Assembly (NCBI GenBank): GCA_001938485.1
Contig: MQRK01253347.1
Location: forward strand, 27,797-78,323
Direction of reading: 5' to 3'
DNA length: 50,527 nucleotides
DNA from: Girardia tigrina
Taxonomy: Eukaryota
Part shown: positions 48,444 to 50,527 of the stretch, one piece after another
How the letters are laid out: each line of letters opens with the position of its first letter
How positions within the stretch are numbered: position 1 is the stretch's first letter
Made by a program: the position numbers and the translations under genes
The notes under the pieces: generated by a model
The model's input: only the letters and a program-made list of their open reading frames with translations
Databases searched by the model: none
Told to the model about the DNA's origin: nothing

Positions 48444-50527
48444 ATGACCCAGTCCACCATAATAACTACATCCGGCAATCATTCTCCATTATCCACAATC
48501 ATTCTCCGTCATCCACAATCATTCTCCGTCATCCACAATCATTCTTCATCCTACGCAATCATCCACCATCATCCACAATTATCGCAGTCTGATCATTTTT
48601 ATCTTAGTTTTATTAATATAAATAATTATGTTATACAAACAATATTGTTAAGAAAATTATTATAATTCAATATAATGCCACAAAAATTAAAATTTTATTG
48701 AAAAATCTAAAAATAAGAAAAACAATAATTAATAATCAGCATTGGAAAGAGATTCAGGTCTTCCTATATCATTAACCTGTCTATTTTATAGAGGTTCTAC
48801 TTTCGGGCAGTTGAATATTCGATGACCCAGTCCACCATAATAACTATATCCGGCAATCATTCTCCATTATCCACAATCATTCTCCGTCATCCACAATCAC
48901 TCTCAATCATCCAAAATAATCCTCCATCCTACCCAATTATCCTCCAACCTCCACATAGATTCTCCATCATCCATAATCATTCTTCATCATCCTCAATCAT
49001 TCTCCATCATCTTTAATTATTCTCCATCGGCCACAATCATACTCTATCATCCACAATCATTCTCCATCATCGTTAATCATTCTCCATCATCCACAATCAT
49101 TATCCATCATCAACAATCATACTCCATCATCCACAATCATTCTTCATCCTCGGCAATCATCCTGCATCATACAAAATCATACTCTATCATCCACAATAAC
49201 TCTCCATCATCGTTAATCATTCTCCATCATCCACAATCATTATCCATCATCAACAATCATACTCCATCATATGCCATCATCCATAATCATTCTCCCCATC
49301 ATCCACATTCACACTCCATCCTCCCCAATATCCTCCTACCTCCACAATGATTCACCATCATCCACAATCATTCTTCATCCTCCGAAATCATTCTGCATCA
49401 TACAAAATCATTCTGCATCATCCACAATCATTCTCCATCATCGTTAATCATTCTCCATCGGCCACAATCATTCTCCATCAAAGGCCATCATTTTCCATCC
49501 TCCCCAAACATCCTCCATCATCCACAAACATTCTACATNNNNNNNNNNNNNNNNNNNNNNNNNNNNNNNNNNNNNNNNNNNNNNNNNNGAAACATCCTCC
49601 ATCATACACATTTATTCGACATTATCCGCAATCATTCTCCATTCTCCAAAATCATACTTCATCATCCATAATCATACTCCATCATCGACCATCATTCTCC
49701 ATTATCCGCAATCATTGTACATCATCAACAAGCATATTCCATCATCCATAATCATTCTCCATCATCCACAATCATTCGTCATCCTCCGAAATCATTCTGC
49801 ATCATACAAAATCATTCTGCATCATCCACAATCATTCTCCATCATCGTTAATCATTCTCCATCGACCACAATCATGCTTCATCAAAGGCCATCATTTTCC
49901 ATCCTCCCCAAACATCCTCCATCATCCACAAACATTCTACATTATCCACAATCATTCTCCATCCTCCACAATCATTCTCCATCCTCCACAAACATCCTCC
50001 ATCCTCCCCAATTATCCTCCAACCTACAAAATGATTCTCCATCATCCACAATCATTCTNNNNNNNNNNNNNNNNNNNNNNNNNNNNNNNNNNNNNNNNNN
50101 NNNNNNNNNNNNNNNNNNNNNNNNNNNNNNNNNNNNNNNNNNNNNCCACAATCATTCTTCATGATCCTCAAACATACTCCATCATCAACAATCATCCTCC
50201 AACCTCCACAATGATTCTCAATCATACGCAATCATTCTCCATCCTCACGAAACATCCTCCATCATACACATTTATTCGACATTATCCGCAATCATTCTCC
50301 ATTCTCCAAAATCATACTTCATCATCCATAATCATACTCCATCATCGACCATCATTCTCCATTATCCCCAATCATTGTACATCATCAACAAGCATATTCC
50401 ATCATCCATAATCATTCTCCATCATCCACAATCATTATCCATCATCCATAATCATTCTTCATCATCCTCAATCATTCACCTACAGCCACAATCATTCTCA
50501 ATCATACACAATAATCCTCCATCCTAC
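48444..50527. repeat. 21-bp satellite (CATCATCCACAATCATTCTCC) with duplicated head and higher-order repeats
   Basis: Two array starts share a ~95-bp head (48426-48520, 48804-48898). Variant blocks recur at 49377/49781 and 49589/50249. The array runs off the window end. Confidence 0.95.

Noticed and set aside
48444-50411. His/Ser/Ile-rich ORFs as a histidine-rich protein
   Set aside because: All three plus-strand frames are open because the satellite strand lacks stop codons, and the frame shifts freely between units.

Overview
AT-rich eukaryotic, probably animal, genomic scaffold with N gaps. It is not prokaryotic: spliceosomal introns are present, and I see no rRNA, tRNA or CRISPR array. 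The only intact host gene I can reconstruct is the 3' half of an SLC15/PepT-type proton-coupled oligopeptide transporter on the + strand. It has five in-phase exons (4939-5201, 23130-23433, 23906-24089, 26585-26809, 30536-30670) and a 17.9-kb intron packed with transposons. The rest is mostly a transposon graveyard. DNA transposons: Tc1 with an intron, mariner, rosa DD41D, Tigger/pogo, hAT and a hAT MITE, a piggyBac MITE, MULE, Sola2 and Helentron-type elements. Retroelements: RTE-like LINE ends, Penelope-like elements, solo LTRs and Gypsy elements. The most notable items are (1) a young, very compact 4,320-bp Gypsy element with 89-bp LTRs, no leader, and a gag stop codon overlapping a GTAAGT donor just upstream of a slippery heptamer; (2) a minimal hammerhead ribozyme at the Penelope 3' end and a candidate non-canonical HDV-like ribozyme; (3) a multi-layer nested insertion that splits a Tigger transposase just after its first catalytic D; (4) a less AT-rich block (about 45.5-48.4 kb) of unidentified gene relics with 25-35 nt intron-like segments, arranged as inverted paralogous arms around a 21-bp array and followed by a 21-bp satellite. 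All family assignments come from motif recognition by eye; no database searches were run.
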